This document shows, piece after piece, positions 47,941 to 57,856 of a stretch of 64,000 bases of DNA. Each line of letters begins with the position of its first letter. Within the stretch, counting starts at the first letter, position 1. The notes under the pieces are model-generated. The model did not search any database. It was given only the letters and a program-made list of their open reading frames with translations, and was not told the origin of the DNA. This DNA comes from Nitrososphaeria archaeon. GTDB lineage: Archaea; Thermoproteota; Nitrososphaeria; Nitrososphaerales; JANXEG01. The position numbers and the translations under genes are program-made. The stretch spans positions 56,015 to 120,014 of the forward strand of contig JARVKA010000004.1 in assembly GCA_029775915.1 (NCBI GenBank). Reading direction: 5' to 3'.

Positions 47941-48423
47941 ATGTCTGAGAGTCATGTGAAGATTAGAATTAGAATGGGTGCAAATGAAATTGAAATAGAG
48001 GCGCCCCCCTCAATCTTAAAGGATACTGTAAATTTAATTCCAGAAATGTTACAAAAATTACCAGAATCTCAAACTCGTCAAGTTTTAAAGGAAGCTACTC
48101 CACAACAACCACCAGCTCCCTCATCAACTGTAAGCTCACATATACCTGAAATAAAGGTTGAAAAGGATGATTCATTAACCGATATATTAATAAGAATGTT
48201 TAAAGATCCATGGGGTCGCACACCCCGCAAATTGAGTGATGTTCGTGCTGTTTTAGACTCTTACGGTCTTATTTATCCTAAGCAATCTGTAGCTGTTGCT
48301 TTATTGAGATTGGCGCAAGCAGGTAAATTAAGAAGATTTAAAGGTGATGGTGGAGAGTATGTTTATACAGCATCTACAGGTCTTGCAACAGAAGAAACTA
48401 ATTTAACACCTTCCACAACTTAA
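47941..48423 (+). CDS. small protein with an N-terminal beta-rich domain, a Pro/Ser/Thr-rich linker and a C-terminal wHTH-like domain; paralogue of 48483-48878
   Basis: VKIRIRMGANEIEIEAP aligns with VKIRLKRGAWEIEITC of the neighbouring gene. The C-terminal block is LSDVRAVLDSYGLIYPKQSVAVALLRLAQAGKLRRF. Start refined to the ATG at 47941. Confidence 0.55.
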   Translation: MSESHVKIRIRMGANEIEIEAPPSILKDTVNLIPEMLQKLPESQTRQVLKEATPQQPPAPSSTVSSHIPEIKVEKDDSLTDILIRMFKDPWGRTPRKLSDVRAVLDSYGLIYPKQSVAVALLRLAQAGKLRRFKGDGGEYVYTASTGLATEETNLTPSTT

Positions 48424-48482
48424 TGAGTTTGATAAATTTAAATTAATAATTAAGCATATTATTGAAAAGTATGTGAATAATC

Positions 48483-48878
48483 TTATTGAGTTGATGGTGG
48501 CTTTTTTTGCACATATCTATAATTTCTCATCGTTCCTATTCTAGTTAAAATATTCTCTCTTACAAGATCGGTTAAAGAATGTGAAACTGCAGTTTTATCA
48601 TAATGATAACCACGCCTTGCTAACTCTTCATGAACTTCACTCAAACTTCTCTCTACACTAAACCAACCCTCACTCCATAACGATTCAATTAAACCACGGC
48701 ACGTTAATGATCCCCTCTTTACTTCTTCACGTAAAGTTGGTGTATGTTCAATTGTTGAACTCATACCAGCGAGTACACTCTCCACCGCTTGCTTAATTTT
48801 ATCTTCAGAGCAAGTAATTTCAATTTCCCAAGCACCTCTTTTAAGTCGAATCTTTACCTCATTGCGTTCATCAACCAT
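48483..48878 (-). CDS. small protein with an N-terminal beta-rich domain and a C-terminal wHTH-like domain; likely regulator, divergent from the nurA-like gene
   Basis: C-terminal block LSEVHEELARRGYHYDKTAVSHSLTDLVRENILTRIG. The N-terminus is paralogous to 47941-48423. Confidence 0.6.
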   Translation of the reverse strand: MVDERNEVKIRLKRGAWEIEITCSEDKIKQAVESVLAGMSSTIEHTPTLREEVKRGSLTCRGLIESLWSEGWFSVERSLSEVHEELARRGYHYDKTAVSHSLTDLVRENILTRIGTMRNYRYVQKKPPSTQ

Positions 48879-48903
48879 TTTTCATCACATCTTGTTGTTT
48901 TTT

Positions 48904-48922
48904 GTTGTGCAATTTGCACAAC
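48904..48922. promoter_or_regulatory. perfect palindrome GTTGTGCAA-T-TTGCACAAC in the divergent promoter region
   Basis: Arms of 9+1+9 nt. It lies 26-44 nt upstream of the wHTH gene start (48878) and 35-53 nt upstream of the nurA-like ATG (48957). Confidence 0.5.
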
Positions 48923-48956
48923 ATTTATATCTAACCCTTTCCTATTGTTGATCAAG

Positions 48957-49979
48957 ATGAACCAACAATTAAGCATTCCTATTACTAAGGATTTTAATAC
49001 CAATGATTTTCTCATATCTTTAACTCATCGTATTAGTGAGCATATAGCTCAAAACTTCATTAAAATTTCCAATCGATGTGAAAAACATAGCATGAATAAT
49101 TTCGATCTTCACTTTTTGAATAAATCTATTCGTAAAATTCCAAAAAAAGCTGAGTCAACACTTATAGCCTCAATAGACTCATCTTGTATACCAATAGCGA
49201 GCTCAAATAAAGGGGTTGCAATCGCTACTCGTGCCACTATTGTATTTTTCAAAGATAAAAAAACTCATGGATATTTAAAAATAGGCCCATTTATGCTATA
49301 CATAAATGAATCGAATATACAAGATTTCTTAAATCTAAATGAGGCTAAATTATACTCAAATGTATTGAATGATATAGAGATTATTCAACGCTTAATTAGA
49401 ATTAAAATTGAAAGATTCATTCAATTTGAGTTAGCAAAAAGTTTATCAAAAGCTTTAATTTTAATAGATGGTTCTCTTAAACCATCGATTTTTGAGGATA
49501 GTAAAATAAGTTTAGCAAAAATTATTGAAACATCCTTGAGCAATAATAATGCTTGTGTAGGCATTTGTAAATCATCAAAGATTATTATTTTTAATAAATT
49601 TGCAGATATACTCAATATCTCAAAAGGAGCACCATTTTATTTAGATGTAAGTGATTTAACGAATAATTTTGTTAAAGGATTGGCTGGCAGGATACTTTTA
49701 ACGAAATTTATGGATGATGGTATTCCTCTTCGAGTGGATATTGCTCACTTCGATTTGCAAATTTGTGAAGAGATTTTATCTAAAGTTTATTCAAATGATG
49801 TATTTTGTAGGGGATATCCAGAATCTCTTCGCTTAGCTCACCACTTTTCAGTCTTTAGTGAAACTGAGTATGTGGGTATGTGTAGTTATGTGTTAAAAGA
49901 TTTGGGAATGAGTGGTTATGAAAATCATCGCCAAACTCTCTTAAGCCATATAAGCTTCGCAAGGCATGTGGCTAGGTGA
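48957..49979 (+). CDS. nurA: NurA-like nuclease
   Basis: NurA-type blocks are present: LIASIDSS, IRIKIERF, LILIDGSL, VGICKSSKI and RGYPESLRLAHHFS. Start moved to 48957 because the track start at 48789 overlaps the divergent gene. Confidence 0.7.
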   Translation: MNQQLSIPITKDFNTNDFLISLTHRISEHIAQNFIKISNRCEKHSMNNFDLHFLNKSIRKIPKKAESTLIASIDSSCIPIASSNKGVAIATRATIVFFKDKKTHGYLKIGPFMLYINESNIQDFLNLNEAKLYSNVLNDIEIIQRLIRIKIERFIQFELAKSLSKALILIDGSLKPSIFEDSKISLAKIIETSLSNNNACVGICKSSKIIIFNKFADILNISKGAPFYLDVSDLTNNFVKGLAGRILLTKFMDDGIPLRVDIAHFDLQICEEILSKVYSNDVFCRGYPESLRLAHHFSVFSETEYVGMCSYVLKDLGMSGYENHRQTLLSHISFARHVAR

Positions 49980-51477
49980 TGAGATGAGAATTTTAGGAAA
50001 ACGTGGTGATGAAATAACACTTTTAGCACAACCTAATGAAGATATTGCAAAAGGAGATTACATAATGATTGAAGATGCGAATCGTGATAAAAAGCTAATA
50101 ATTCAAGTTTATGATGAGGCTTACTTGGATGTAAGAGGTATTTTAGAGGAGATTGTGAGAGATGAAGTTGTAAGTTCATCTGGAGATGGTGTTGAGCATG
50201 ATCCTTTACAAATGAAAAGTATTTCTTATGCAATTAGGGATATGAGAGTAATTAAATGTAAAATTAGAGGTAGTATAGAAGGAGGGGTTTTAACTACCGC
50301 TGTATCTTGGCTTCCCTCACGTACATCTTCTAAAATTAAGAAAATATCGATTTCAAGTTTAATCTCAATGAATGGAAAATTGGGTGAGAGAGTTATTAAT
50401 ATTGGAAGAGCTAGAGATGGTGAGTTAATCAATTTATATGCAGAGAGTTTTGATGGGCAACTTAATATTATAACTGGTAGAAAAGGTTCTGGCAAATCTT
50501 ACTTTGCTAAATTATTAGCGAGTAAACTTGTAGAGTATGGTGCATATGTAATCATTTTTGATTTAAATGATGAGTATGCGGGTTTAGCATGGAAGAGAAA
50601 TGGAGAGCCGAGTGAAATTGCGAATAGAGTAATTCGTTTAATACCGAGCTTTACATTAAAATTCAGTTTAAAGTATTTAGGTTTAGGTACATTTATCAAT
50701 ATTCTTTATCATATACTCGATTTGCCAGGTACGTCTCTTCGTGAGTTTATTCGAATATGGGAGTACCTTTATTCTCAAAATTCTCTCACACTTAAATCTT
50801 TATATGAAGCGATACAAAATGTAAAGTGTAATGAGTTAGTTCGTGATGCACTTATCTCAAGATACCACACTTTAATGGATTCAAAGCTATTTACAGATAA
50901 TGAGGAAGAAAGCTTAAGAATTGAGGAACTCATAGCGAAAATGGTTAATGGCGGTTTAATTATTATCTCACTCAATAAGGTTTATCCTTTAACTCGAAGA
51001 ATGGCTGTAGAGATTATTTTGAGTAAGATTACACAATTGTTAGAAAGAAATTTAATCCCACCAATATTTTTATTCGCTGAAGAAGCTCACTTATACTTAA
51101 GAGAGACTTATTGGGATGATTTAATAACAAGAATGAGGCATTATGGTGTATTCACCACATTAATTACCAACCAACCAGATGTGATAAAGGATAGCATATA
51201 TAGGCAAGCGGATAATATTTTTCTTTTTAACTTTGCTAATGATAGTGATTTAGAAATGGTTTCACGCACTTCTTCAACCGATTCAGATACGATAAAATCG
51301 ATCGTTAAAACTTTACCACCAAGGTATTTATTAGCTTTAGGTAAAGCGGTTAATAATTTACCAATCGTGATACAAGTAGCACCAATCGATCTCATAACTT
51401 TAGGAGAAACAAAATTATTCTTTTCTCAATTACAAAAAGCTTCTCCTTTAAAAGTGGATTGTGGGATTCATCGTTAA
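49966..51477 (+). CDS. herA: HerA/DUF87-like ATPase (FtsK-HerA superfamily)
   Basis: N-terminal barrel-like region, Walker A GRKGSGKS, and Walker B IFLFAEEAH as in HerA. An alternative start lies at 49984. Confidence 0.75.
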   Translation: MWLGDEMRILGKRGDEITLLAQPNEDIAKGDYIMIEDANRDKKLIIQVYDEAYLDVRGILEEIVRDEVVSSSGDGVEHDPLQMKSISYAIRDMRVIKCKIRGSIEGGVLTTAVSWLPSRTSSKIKKISISSLISMNGKLGERVINIGRARDGELINLYAESFDGQLNIITGRKGSGKSYFAKLLASKLVEYGAYVIIFDLNDEYAGLAWKRNGEPSEIANRVIRLIPSFTLKFSLKYLGLGTFINILYHILDLPGTSLREFIRIWEYLYSQNSLTLKSLYEAIQNVKCNELVRDALISRYHTLMDSKLFTDNEEESLRIEELIAKMVNGGLIIISLNKVYPLTRRMAVEIILSKITQLLERNLIPPIFLFAEEAHLYLRETYWDDLITRMRHYGVFTTLITNQPDVIKDSIYRQADNIFLFNFANDSDLEMVSRTSSTDSDTIKSIVKTLPPRYLLALGKAVNNLPIVIQVAPIDLITLGETKLFFSQLQKASPLKVDCGIHR

Positions 51478-51550
51478 AGTTTTTATATTTTAGTTAAAAT
51501 TGATATTTTAGAAAAGCGATTCTCTTATGGGATTTTAATTTTTATCACTC

Positions 51551-52105
51551 TTAATTTATACCAAGCTCTCTTTCAAGTCCTTCGATTAAGTGATAATACC
51601 TCTCATGAATTCCTTTTCCTATCTCCCTTTCTTCTAAATCTTCAAAATCCTTCATTAATTTGATTCTAACCTCATTTGATATTAAACCCTCTCCCATAGG
51701 GAATAGTATATTATCTTCTTTCATTATATGTTGGGAGAGAAGCTGAACATAACCTTTACCATTCTCTATGAAAATTTTTATTTGAGGTTTATCACCAAAT
51801 TTCAACTTACTAAATACCATCATCATCTTAACATACTTGCGCCCAATTTCATGCTCCATTAACATAACCCCAATTGGCCCACCTTCTTTAGGTAATCCAT
51901 ACTTTTCAAAAGTTGGGAATAGAATCTTCTCCTCCTTGCCATGATGGCATTTGTCAGCAAAAGTTTGAATAAAATCTAACAATCTTTCAAGCATATCAAG
52001 ATTAATAGACTCTTCAGCCTCAATTTTTTCAATCATAATATTCAATATTTTTAGCGCTCTTTCAATAACCCTATGCTCATTCATTAAAATCTCAGTTGGT
52101 TTCAT
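51551..52105 (-). CDS. hemerythrin-like (HHE cation-binding) domain protein
   Basis: Contains H-rich metal ligand blocks (EHRVIE, HHGKEE, MEHEIGR, QHIMKED). Confidence 0.8.
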   Translation of the reverse strand: MKPTEILMNEHRVIERALKILNIMIEKIEAEESINLDMLERLLDFIQTFADKCHHGKEEKILFPTFEKYGLPKEGGPIGVMLMEHEIGRKYVKMMMVFSKLKFGDKPQIKIFIENGKGYVQLLSQHIMKEDNILFPMGEGLISNEVRIKLMKDFEDLEEREIGKGIHERYYHLIEGLERELGIN

Positions 52106-52182
52106 TATTATAAAATTGAAATAATTTTTATTTATATTTAATACTTTTGATTTTACAGAATCGTTAAGATAAGAAAGGCAAA

Positions 52183-52276
52183 AATAAAATTTTTAAAGTA
52201 ATGAAGCTTGCATTAGTATTATTAGATTCAATGTGAGATTTTAAAAAATTAAAATTTTGCTAACACTAAATTTAAC
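52183..52276. promoter_or_regulatory. conserved upstream blocks shared with the rubrerythrin upstream region
   Basis: AATAAAATTTTT (52183-52194), ATTAGTATT (52212-52220) and CTAACACTAAATTTAAC (52260-52276). These sit at 78, 107 and 155 nt from the start codon, against 81, 106 and 153 nt for rubrerythrin. Confidence 0.45.
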
Positions 52277-52407
52277 GATTGGAATTAAGAGCGAAAATTT
52301 TTATTTACATTAACAATTCATCGGAAAAGATGGTTTGCAAACAATTAACCTTAATAAAATTAATAATATACCTTATTTTATATAATGAAGAATTGAGCAC
52401 ACAAAAG

Positions 52408-52902
52408 ATGGTAATTAAAAAGGTTGGAGATTATATTATAAGGCGTTGTGTTAAAGAGGATTTGGATCAAGTTATATCAATAAATTTAACTAGCCTTCCA
52501 GAACATTATTCAAACTATTTCTATGAAGAGCTTTTAGAAAATGCTCCGGAAGCTTTTCTTGTAGTTGAAATTAATAATAAGATAGTAGGCTATGTTATGG
52601 GTAGGATTGAGTTTGGTTTTTCTCACACTAAGTTTGGTTTTGCTAAGAAAGGGCATATAGTATCCATAGCTGTTTTAGAAGAGCATCGGAGGAAAGGTTT
52701 GGGTTTAGCATTGATGGAAGAGGCGGTAAAAGGCTTTATTCAACGAGGTTGTAAAGAAATTTTTCTCGAAGTGAGAGTTTCGAATATACCAGCAATCCAC
52801 CTTTATAAGAAATTGGGCTTTGTTATTACATCGAGGCATGAGAGATATTATAGTGATGGTGAAGCTGCTTATCAAATGAGTTTATTCATAACTAATAAGT
52901 AG
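52408..52902 (+). CDS. GNAT N-acetyltransferase (RimI/Ard1-type protein N-terminal acetyltransferase)
   Basis: Acetyl-CoA motif HRRKGLGLALM within a GNAT fold of about 164 aa. Start refined from 52279 to the ATG at 52408. Confidence 0.8.
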   Translation: MVIKKVGDYIIRRCVKEDLDQVISINLTSLPEHYSNYFYEELLENAPEAFLVVEINNKIVGYVMGRIEFGFSHTKFGFAKKGHIVSIAVLEEHRRKGLGLALMEEAVKGFIQRGCKEIFLEVRVSNIPAIHLYKKLGFVITSRHERYYSDGEAAYQMSLFITNK

Positions 52903-52907
52903 CTAAT

Positions 52908-54557
52908 ATGTCTAGCTTCAAATCTTTTTGTGAAGTATGTGAAGCTATAAAGTCTACTGGAAGCAAGTTGCGTAAAGTTAAAATTTTAGCAGAATATTTG
53001 AAAACGCTCGATTCACAAAATTTACCTTTTGTTTGCAGAATTTTATCAGGCCATATATTCCCACCATGGAGTGAAAAAGAAGTTTACATTGGATACTCAA
53101 GTTTAATAGAATTAATTATGGATGTGAGTGGTGCAAGTAATGAGGAATTTAAATCATCGTATATTAAGCATGGCGATCTTGGGATGGTAGCTGAAGAACT
53201 CTTCGCTAAAAAGAGACTCGTGCCTTTAATTTTAGAAGAATTAACCCTTAATAGGATTCAAAACACATTTGATAAAATAGCTTTAGTGAAAGGTGATGGA
53301 TCAGTATTAGAGAAGAAGAATTTGCTTAAAGGCTTATTTTTAAATTGCTCACCATTGGAAGCTAAATATCTCGTTAAAATTTTAACAAATGAGTTGCGTA
53401 TAGGATTGGTAGGTGGACTTGTTGAAGAGAGTATAGCGAAAGCCTTCAATTATAAAATCCAAGATGTTAGAGATACTGTATTAACATTTAGCGATATAGG
53501 TGAGGCTGCATTACAAGCCTATTATGGAAAACTCCATGATTTACAAGTTAAATTATTCCATCCTCTCAGCTTTATGCTTGCGGATACGATGCAAACCGCT
53601 GAGGAGATTGCTAAATATTACAATAAAGAATTGTATGCAGAGTTTAAGTACGATGGTGTGAGAGCGCAAGCTCATTGTTCAAAAGGCTTTGTGAAGATAT
53701 ACTCACGAAGGCTTGAGGAGATTTCGAAAAGCTTTCCAGAAGTGGTTGATGCGTTAAGTAAAATCGATCATGAGTGTATTCTTGATGGAGAAATAATACC
53801 ATTTAAAGATGGTAAAGTATTACCATTTCAAAAGTTGCAACATAGATTAAGGCGAAAAATTATTGATACTCAATTAATTCAAGAAGTTCCTTTAATTTAT
53901 TTTGTATATGATTTAATGTATTTAGATGGAAAAACTTTAATTAATGAGACTTTAGAAGTGAGACGAAGATTATTAGAATCTTTAAAATTTTATGAATCGA
54001 TTAAAATTTCACAAATATTCAAAGTAAAAACGGCTCAAGAGATTCAAGAATTATTCAATGAGAGTAAGAGATTAGGTTATGAAGGATTGGTTTTGAAAGA
54101 TCCTCTCTCTCCTTATAGTTTAGGTAAGCGAGGGAAGCTTTGGGTAAAATTGAAAAAAGAATTAGATACTTTAGATGTAGTTATCGTTATGGCTGAGTAT
54201 GGTCATGGTAAAAGAGCTGGTCTTTTATCAGATTATACATTCGCTGTAAGAGATAATGAGGGTAGATTAAGAGTTATAGGTAAAGCGTATTCAGGATTAA
54301 CTGATGATGAGATTGTTGAGATGACGGAGAGATTAAAAAAGATTACGATAAAAGATTATGGATTTAGAAGATCTGTTTCACCTGAAATAGTTTTAGAAGT
54401 TGCTTTTGATAGCATTCAAAAGAGTGATAGATATGATAGTGGTTATGCATTAAGATTCCCTCGAATCAAAAGGATAAGGTATGATAAAAGTGTAGATGAG
54501 ATTGATACGCTTGATAGGGTGAAAGAAATTTATGAGAAACAATCTTATGGAAAATAA
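52908..54557 (+). CDS. lig: ATP-dependent DNA ligase
   Basis: Adenylation motif I AEFKYDGVRAQ, plus motifs LDGEI, EGLVLK and LWVKLKK. Has an N-terminal DNA-binding domain and a C-terminal OB domain. Confidence 0.9.
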   Translation: MSSFKSFCEVCEAIKSTGSKLRKVKILAEYLKTLDSQNLPFVCRILSGHIFPPWSEKEVYIGYSSLIELIMDVSGASNEEFKSSYIKHGDLGMVAEELFAKKRLVPLILEELTLNRIQNTFDKIALVKGDGSVLEKKNLLKGLFLNCSPLEAKYLVKILTNELRIGLVGGLVEESIAKAFNYKIQDVRDTVLTFSDIGEAALQAYYGKLHDLQVKLFHPLSFMLADTMQTAEEIAKYYNKELYAEFKYDGVRAQAHCSKGFVKIYSRRLEEISKSFPEVVDALSKIDHECILDGEIIPFKDGKVLPFQKLQHRLRRKIIDTQLIQEVPLIYFVYDLMYLDGKTLINETLEVRRRLLESLKFYESIKISQIFKVKTAQEIQELFNESKRLGYEGLVLKDPLSPYSLGKRGKLWVKLKKELDTLDVVIVMAEYGHGKRAGLLSDYTFAVRDNEGRLRVIGKAYSGLTDDEIVEMTERLKKITIKDYGFRRSVSPEIVLEVAFDSIQKSDRYDSGYALRFPRIKRIRYDKSVDEIDTLDRVKEIYEKQSYGK

Positions 54558-54613
54558 CGTTAAATTTTTGAGAAAATGGATTTTTATATGTTGGATTTTT
54601 ATTGATAGATTTA

Positions 54614-55456
54614 TTAATTAAAGCATTTTATTATCTCAACATCTAAAACGATTTGATACCATCTCGGCCCAACCTCTCTTACAACTCTACTAAATATAAC
54701 ACGATGTGGTAAAGTTAAATTTTTATCAATTTGTGATTTTGCCTCTTGGATTGCATCCTCAACTTTCGAACCATAAACTTCTGTGTAATAATGAATTACA
54801 CCGCCTTGAGGTTTAAGAGCTTCAATTGCTACATCAAGATATTCACATGCCTTCTCTGGTAAAGGCATTAATACTCTATCTGCCACACCATTAAGCATTT
54901 TATGAATAACCTCACGTGAGTCTCCTAATATGCATATAACTCTATTCGAAACTTTATTAATAATCACATTTTCTAATGCTAATTGATGAGCATCTGGGTT
55001 AATATCAATATTGTATACTGTAACATTCGGTTGCTTTTTAGCGATAATTATTGAGAAAGTTCCAACACCACCAAACATATTCACAACCTTCTCACCAGAT
55101 TTTACTTGCTCAGCTATTCTTAATCTCTCATAAGATAATCTTGGAGAGAAGTAAACTTTTGCTAAATCTACTTTAAAAATACAACTATGCTCTTTATAAA
55201 TTGTGAGAGTTTTTTTCTCACCCATTAAATATTCTAACTCTCTTATTCGATAAATACCCGAGATAGGTGAAGTTTGCCTTAAAACTGTTTTTACCGATTT
55301 TAAATTATCCAATATCGCTTTAGCTATAATATCTTTTTTAGAGATTAATGGATCTGGTATTTTAATAATCGCTATATCACCAATTATATCAAAGCTACTG
55401 TAAAGTTGTGAAATTTCATTTGGATTTAAAATTCCCATTAATGCACGCTTTAACAT
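54614..55456 (-). CDS. class I SAM-dependent methyltransferase of the Trm5/Taw2 (Met_10) family
   Basis: VVNMFGGVGTFSI (SAM motif), NIDINP and ADRVLMPLP. Confidence 0.8.
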   Translation of the reverse strand: MLKRALMGILNPNEISQLYSSFDIIGDIAIIKIPDPLISKKDIIAKAILDNLKSVKTVLRQTSPISGIYRIRELEYLMGEKKTLTIYKEHSCIFKVDLAKVYFSPRLSYERLRIAEQVKSGEKVVNMFGGVGTFSIIIAKKQPNVTVYNIDINPDAHQLALENVIINKVSNRVICILGDSREVIHKMLNGVADRVLMPLPEKACEYLDVAIEALKPQGGVIHYYTEVYGSKVEDAIQEAKSQIDKNLTLPHRVIFSRVVREVGPRWYQIVLDVEIIKCFN

Positions 55457-55475
55457 TCTTATATAATTCTCACCC

Positions 55476-57275
55476 TTATCCCATTTTCATGTAATAAAAC
55501 TCCTTAGACTCTTTTTGTTTCTTATCGAGTTTACTTCCAGGCTTATTAACTCTTGGTCTACCTGTATCTGTATCGCGCCTATATGTGATACCTAAACTCT
55601 CTAAAAATTTATTCATTCCCTCACCTTTAGGTAATGGTGGAGAAGCCTCACCATTAATCGCAGGTGTTCCAGAAAAGATCATTAAAGTATCAGAAACTAT
55701 ATCAATAAGTTGAATATCGTGATCAACAATTAAAGCCGATTTGCCTTGAGATTTAACGAATCTTTGAATTATTTTAGCTAAAGCGATTCTATCCTCCACA
55801 TCGATAAAAGCTGATGGTTCATCCAAAGCATAAATATCAGCTTCCCTTAATAAGCAAGTGGCTATAGCCAATTTTTGCAATTCACCACCACTTAAACTTC
55901 TCACTTGACGATCCATTAATCGATGCAATCCTAATGGTAGTATAATTTGCTCTTGAACTAAACCACTAGTTAAACGATCACCAGCTACTTCTTTTAAAAT
56001 ATCGATTACATTACCATCGTAATCTCCAGATAGATATTGGGGTTTATATGATATCTTTGCTTTTAATTGAACTTCACCCTTATCAGCTTTATCCAATCCC
56101 GATATAATCTTCATAAAGGTTGTTTTTCCCAAAGCATTCGCTCCCAAAATTCCAATCACTTCACCTTGTCTTAATTTACCCGCTTTAACTCTCAACTCAA
56201 AACTGGGATAATTTTTTATAATATCTGTGTATTCTGCAATAATTGGTGTATCAATATCTTTATTAATAGGTGCATATATATCAAATCGAACTGGTTTATC
56301 TCTAAATCTTACATTCTCACTAGGTAAGTAACCATCAAGAAGAGCATTAATGCCTGTTCTCGATGGTTGAATACTTGATACAATACCATAAGCTCCAGGC
56401 TCACCATATAAAATGTGAATGTAATCACTTAAGTAATCAAGAAGGGTAAGATCATGCTCTATAATTAAAATAGATTTATTCTCTTTAGCTAACTCATGAA
56501 TAACTCTTGCCACTTCAAGCCTTTGATATACATCATTATAAGATGAAGGTTCATCGAAAAGATATAACTCAGCGTCTTTAGATACCGCTATAGCTACAGC
56601 TAATCTTTGCAACTCACCACCACTCAATTCCGATACGGGTTTATCAAGGCATTTATCAAGGCTTAACCTTATCTTTAACTTATTAGCTATGCCTCTCTCA
56701 TCAAATTTCTCTAATAATGAAAATGCATCGCCTTTCCAAGCTTTTGGAATATCATACACAGCTTGAGGCTTTATCGAGACTTTTAACTCACCATTCGCTA
56801 TTCTTTGAAAATGCTCTTTTAATTCAGTTCCTCCAAAATTATTAATTATTTCATCCCAACTTGGAGGATTTTCAAATCTTCCCAAATTGGGTTTTAAATT
56901 ACCTGAAAGTATATTTAAAGCGGTAGTCTTGCCTATACCATTTTTACCTACAAGGCCTATTACCGCTCCTTTTCTCAATCTTGGTAATCGATAAAGTCTA
57001 AAGCTATTTGCTCCATATTGATGAACCTTATCTTTTTTCAACTCCTCTGGAAGATTGATTATATTTATTGCTCGAAATGGGCATTTATGAATACATACGC
57101 CACATCCAGTGCATAAATTCTCATTAATAACCGCTTTTCCATAATCACCCAATACAATACACTCACCACCCATTTTATTAACAGGGCAAAAATTGATACA
57201 CTCTAACCCACACTTCTTAGGGTTACAATAATCCATGTCGAGAGCTGCTACTCTATGCACCATAATTGCAACCAT
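55476..57275 (-). CDS. ABCE1/RLI ribosome-recycling ATPase
   Basis: N-terminal 2x[4Fe-4S] region (CNPKKCGLECINFCP; CTGCGVCIHKCP) and two ABC cassettes (GKNGIGKT, GANALGKT, 2x LSGGELQ). Confidence 0.95.
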   Translation of the reverse strand: MVAIMVHRVAALDMDYCNPKKCGLECINFCPVNKMGGECIVLGDYGKAVINENLCTGCGVCIHKCPFRAINIINLPEELKKDKVHQYGANSFRLYRLPRLRKGAVIGLVGKNGIGKTTALNILSGNLKPNLGRFENPPSWDEIINNFGGTELKEHFQRIANGELKVSIKPQAVYDIPKAWKGDAFSLLEKFDERGIANKLKIRLSLDKCLDKPVSELSGGELQRLAVAIAVSKDAELYLFDEPSSYNDVYQRLEVARVIHELAKENKSILIIEHDLTLLDYLSDYIHILYGEPGAYGIVSSIQPSRTGINALLDGYLPSENVRFRDKPVRFDIYAPINKDIDTPIIAEYTDIIKNYPSFELRVKAGKLRQGEVIGILGANALGKTTFMKIISGLDKADKGEVQLKAKISYKPQYLSGDYDGNVIDILKEVAGDRLTSGLVQEQIILPLGLHRLMDRQVRSLSGGELQKLAIATCLLREADIYALDEPSAFIDVEDRIALAKIIQRFVKSQGKSALIVDHDIQLIDIVSDTLMIFSGTPAINGEASPPLPKGEGMNKFLESLGITYRRDTDTGRPRVNKPGSKLDKKQKESKEFYYMKMG

Positions 57276-57367
57276 CTTTGAAGATTTGATAAAATGCGCA
57301 AGATCACTTCCTTTTAATATTTAGAGTTTATTATATTTTAAATGATTTATTCATGCAATCTAATAGA

Positions 57368-57754
57368 TTAAGGCTTTGAAGGTTGATGGGGTATCCATTT
57401 CTCTTTAATAGGTTTGATATCTTCAGGCTTTGAATAAATAAAGATGAATTCAAGTGTTGGACTATCTCTATTTTCTAAAGAATGCTCCTCACCTGGAGGG
57501 AAGATTAATATAGTGCCGGGTGTTGCAACTACCTCTCCATCTTTACCTCTAAAAATCCCTTTACCATGAATTACTATAATAATCTCTTCACCATTATGTG
57601 TATGAGGGGGTGCAAACATACCACGACCATAAATAGACATGCCAACTGCTACACTAGTCCCAGCAGTTTCAGGGGTTGCTAACAATCTAACCCTTCTAAA
57701 TGGTTGTCCGGGTGATTCATACTCTAAGACTTCATCTGCCTTAATAATTCTCAT
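57368..57754 (-). CDS. cupin domain protein
   Basis: Cupin motifs PPHTHNGEEIIIV and PPGEEHSLEN. Confidence 0.8.
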   Translation of the reverse strand: MRIIKADEVLEYESPGQPFRRVRLLATPETAGTSVAVGMSIYGRGMFAPPHTHNGEEIIIVIHGKGIFRGKDGEVVATPGTILIFPPGEEHSLENRDSPTLEFIFIYSKPEDIKPIKEKWIPHQPSKP

Positions 57755-57856
57755 ACCTATAATGATATTAGGTTAACACTATAAACTTTTCTAAAAAAAT
57801 TCAAGACAATTATACATATTAAACTTCATGAATAATTGGGTTAAAATTAAGTGCTA

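Noticed and set aside
48789-48956. Upstream extension of the nurA-like ORF given in the ORF track
   Set aside because: The extension overlaps the divergent 131-aa gene and the palindromic promoter region, and it encodes hydrophobic junk. The ATG at 48957 (MNQQLSIP...) is the plausible start.
52279-52407. Upstream extension of the acetyltransferase ORF
   Set aside because: It encodes an AT-rich hydrophobic leader that is not part of GNAT folds and covers the conserved upstream block. The ATG at 52408 gives a typical ~164-aa Ard1/RimI size.
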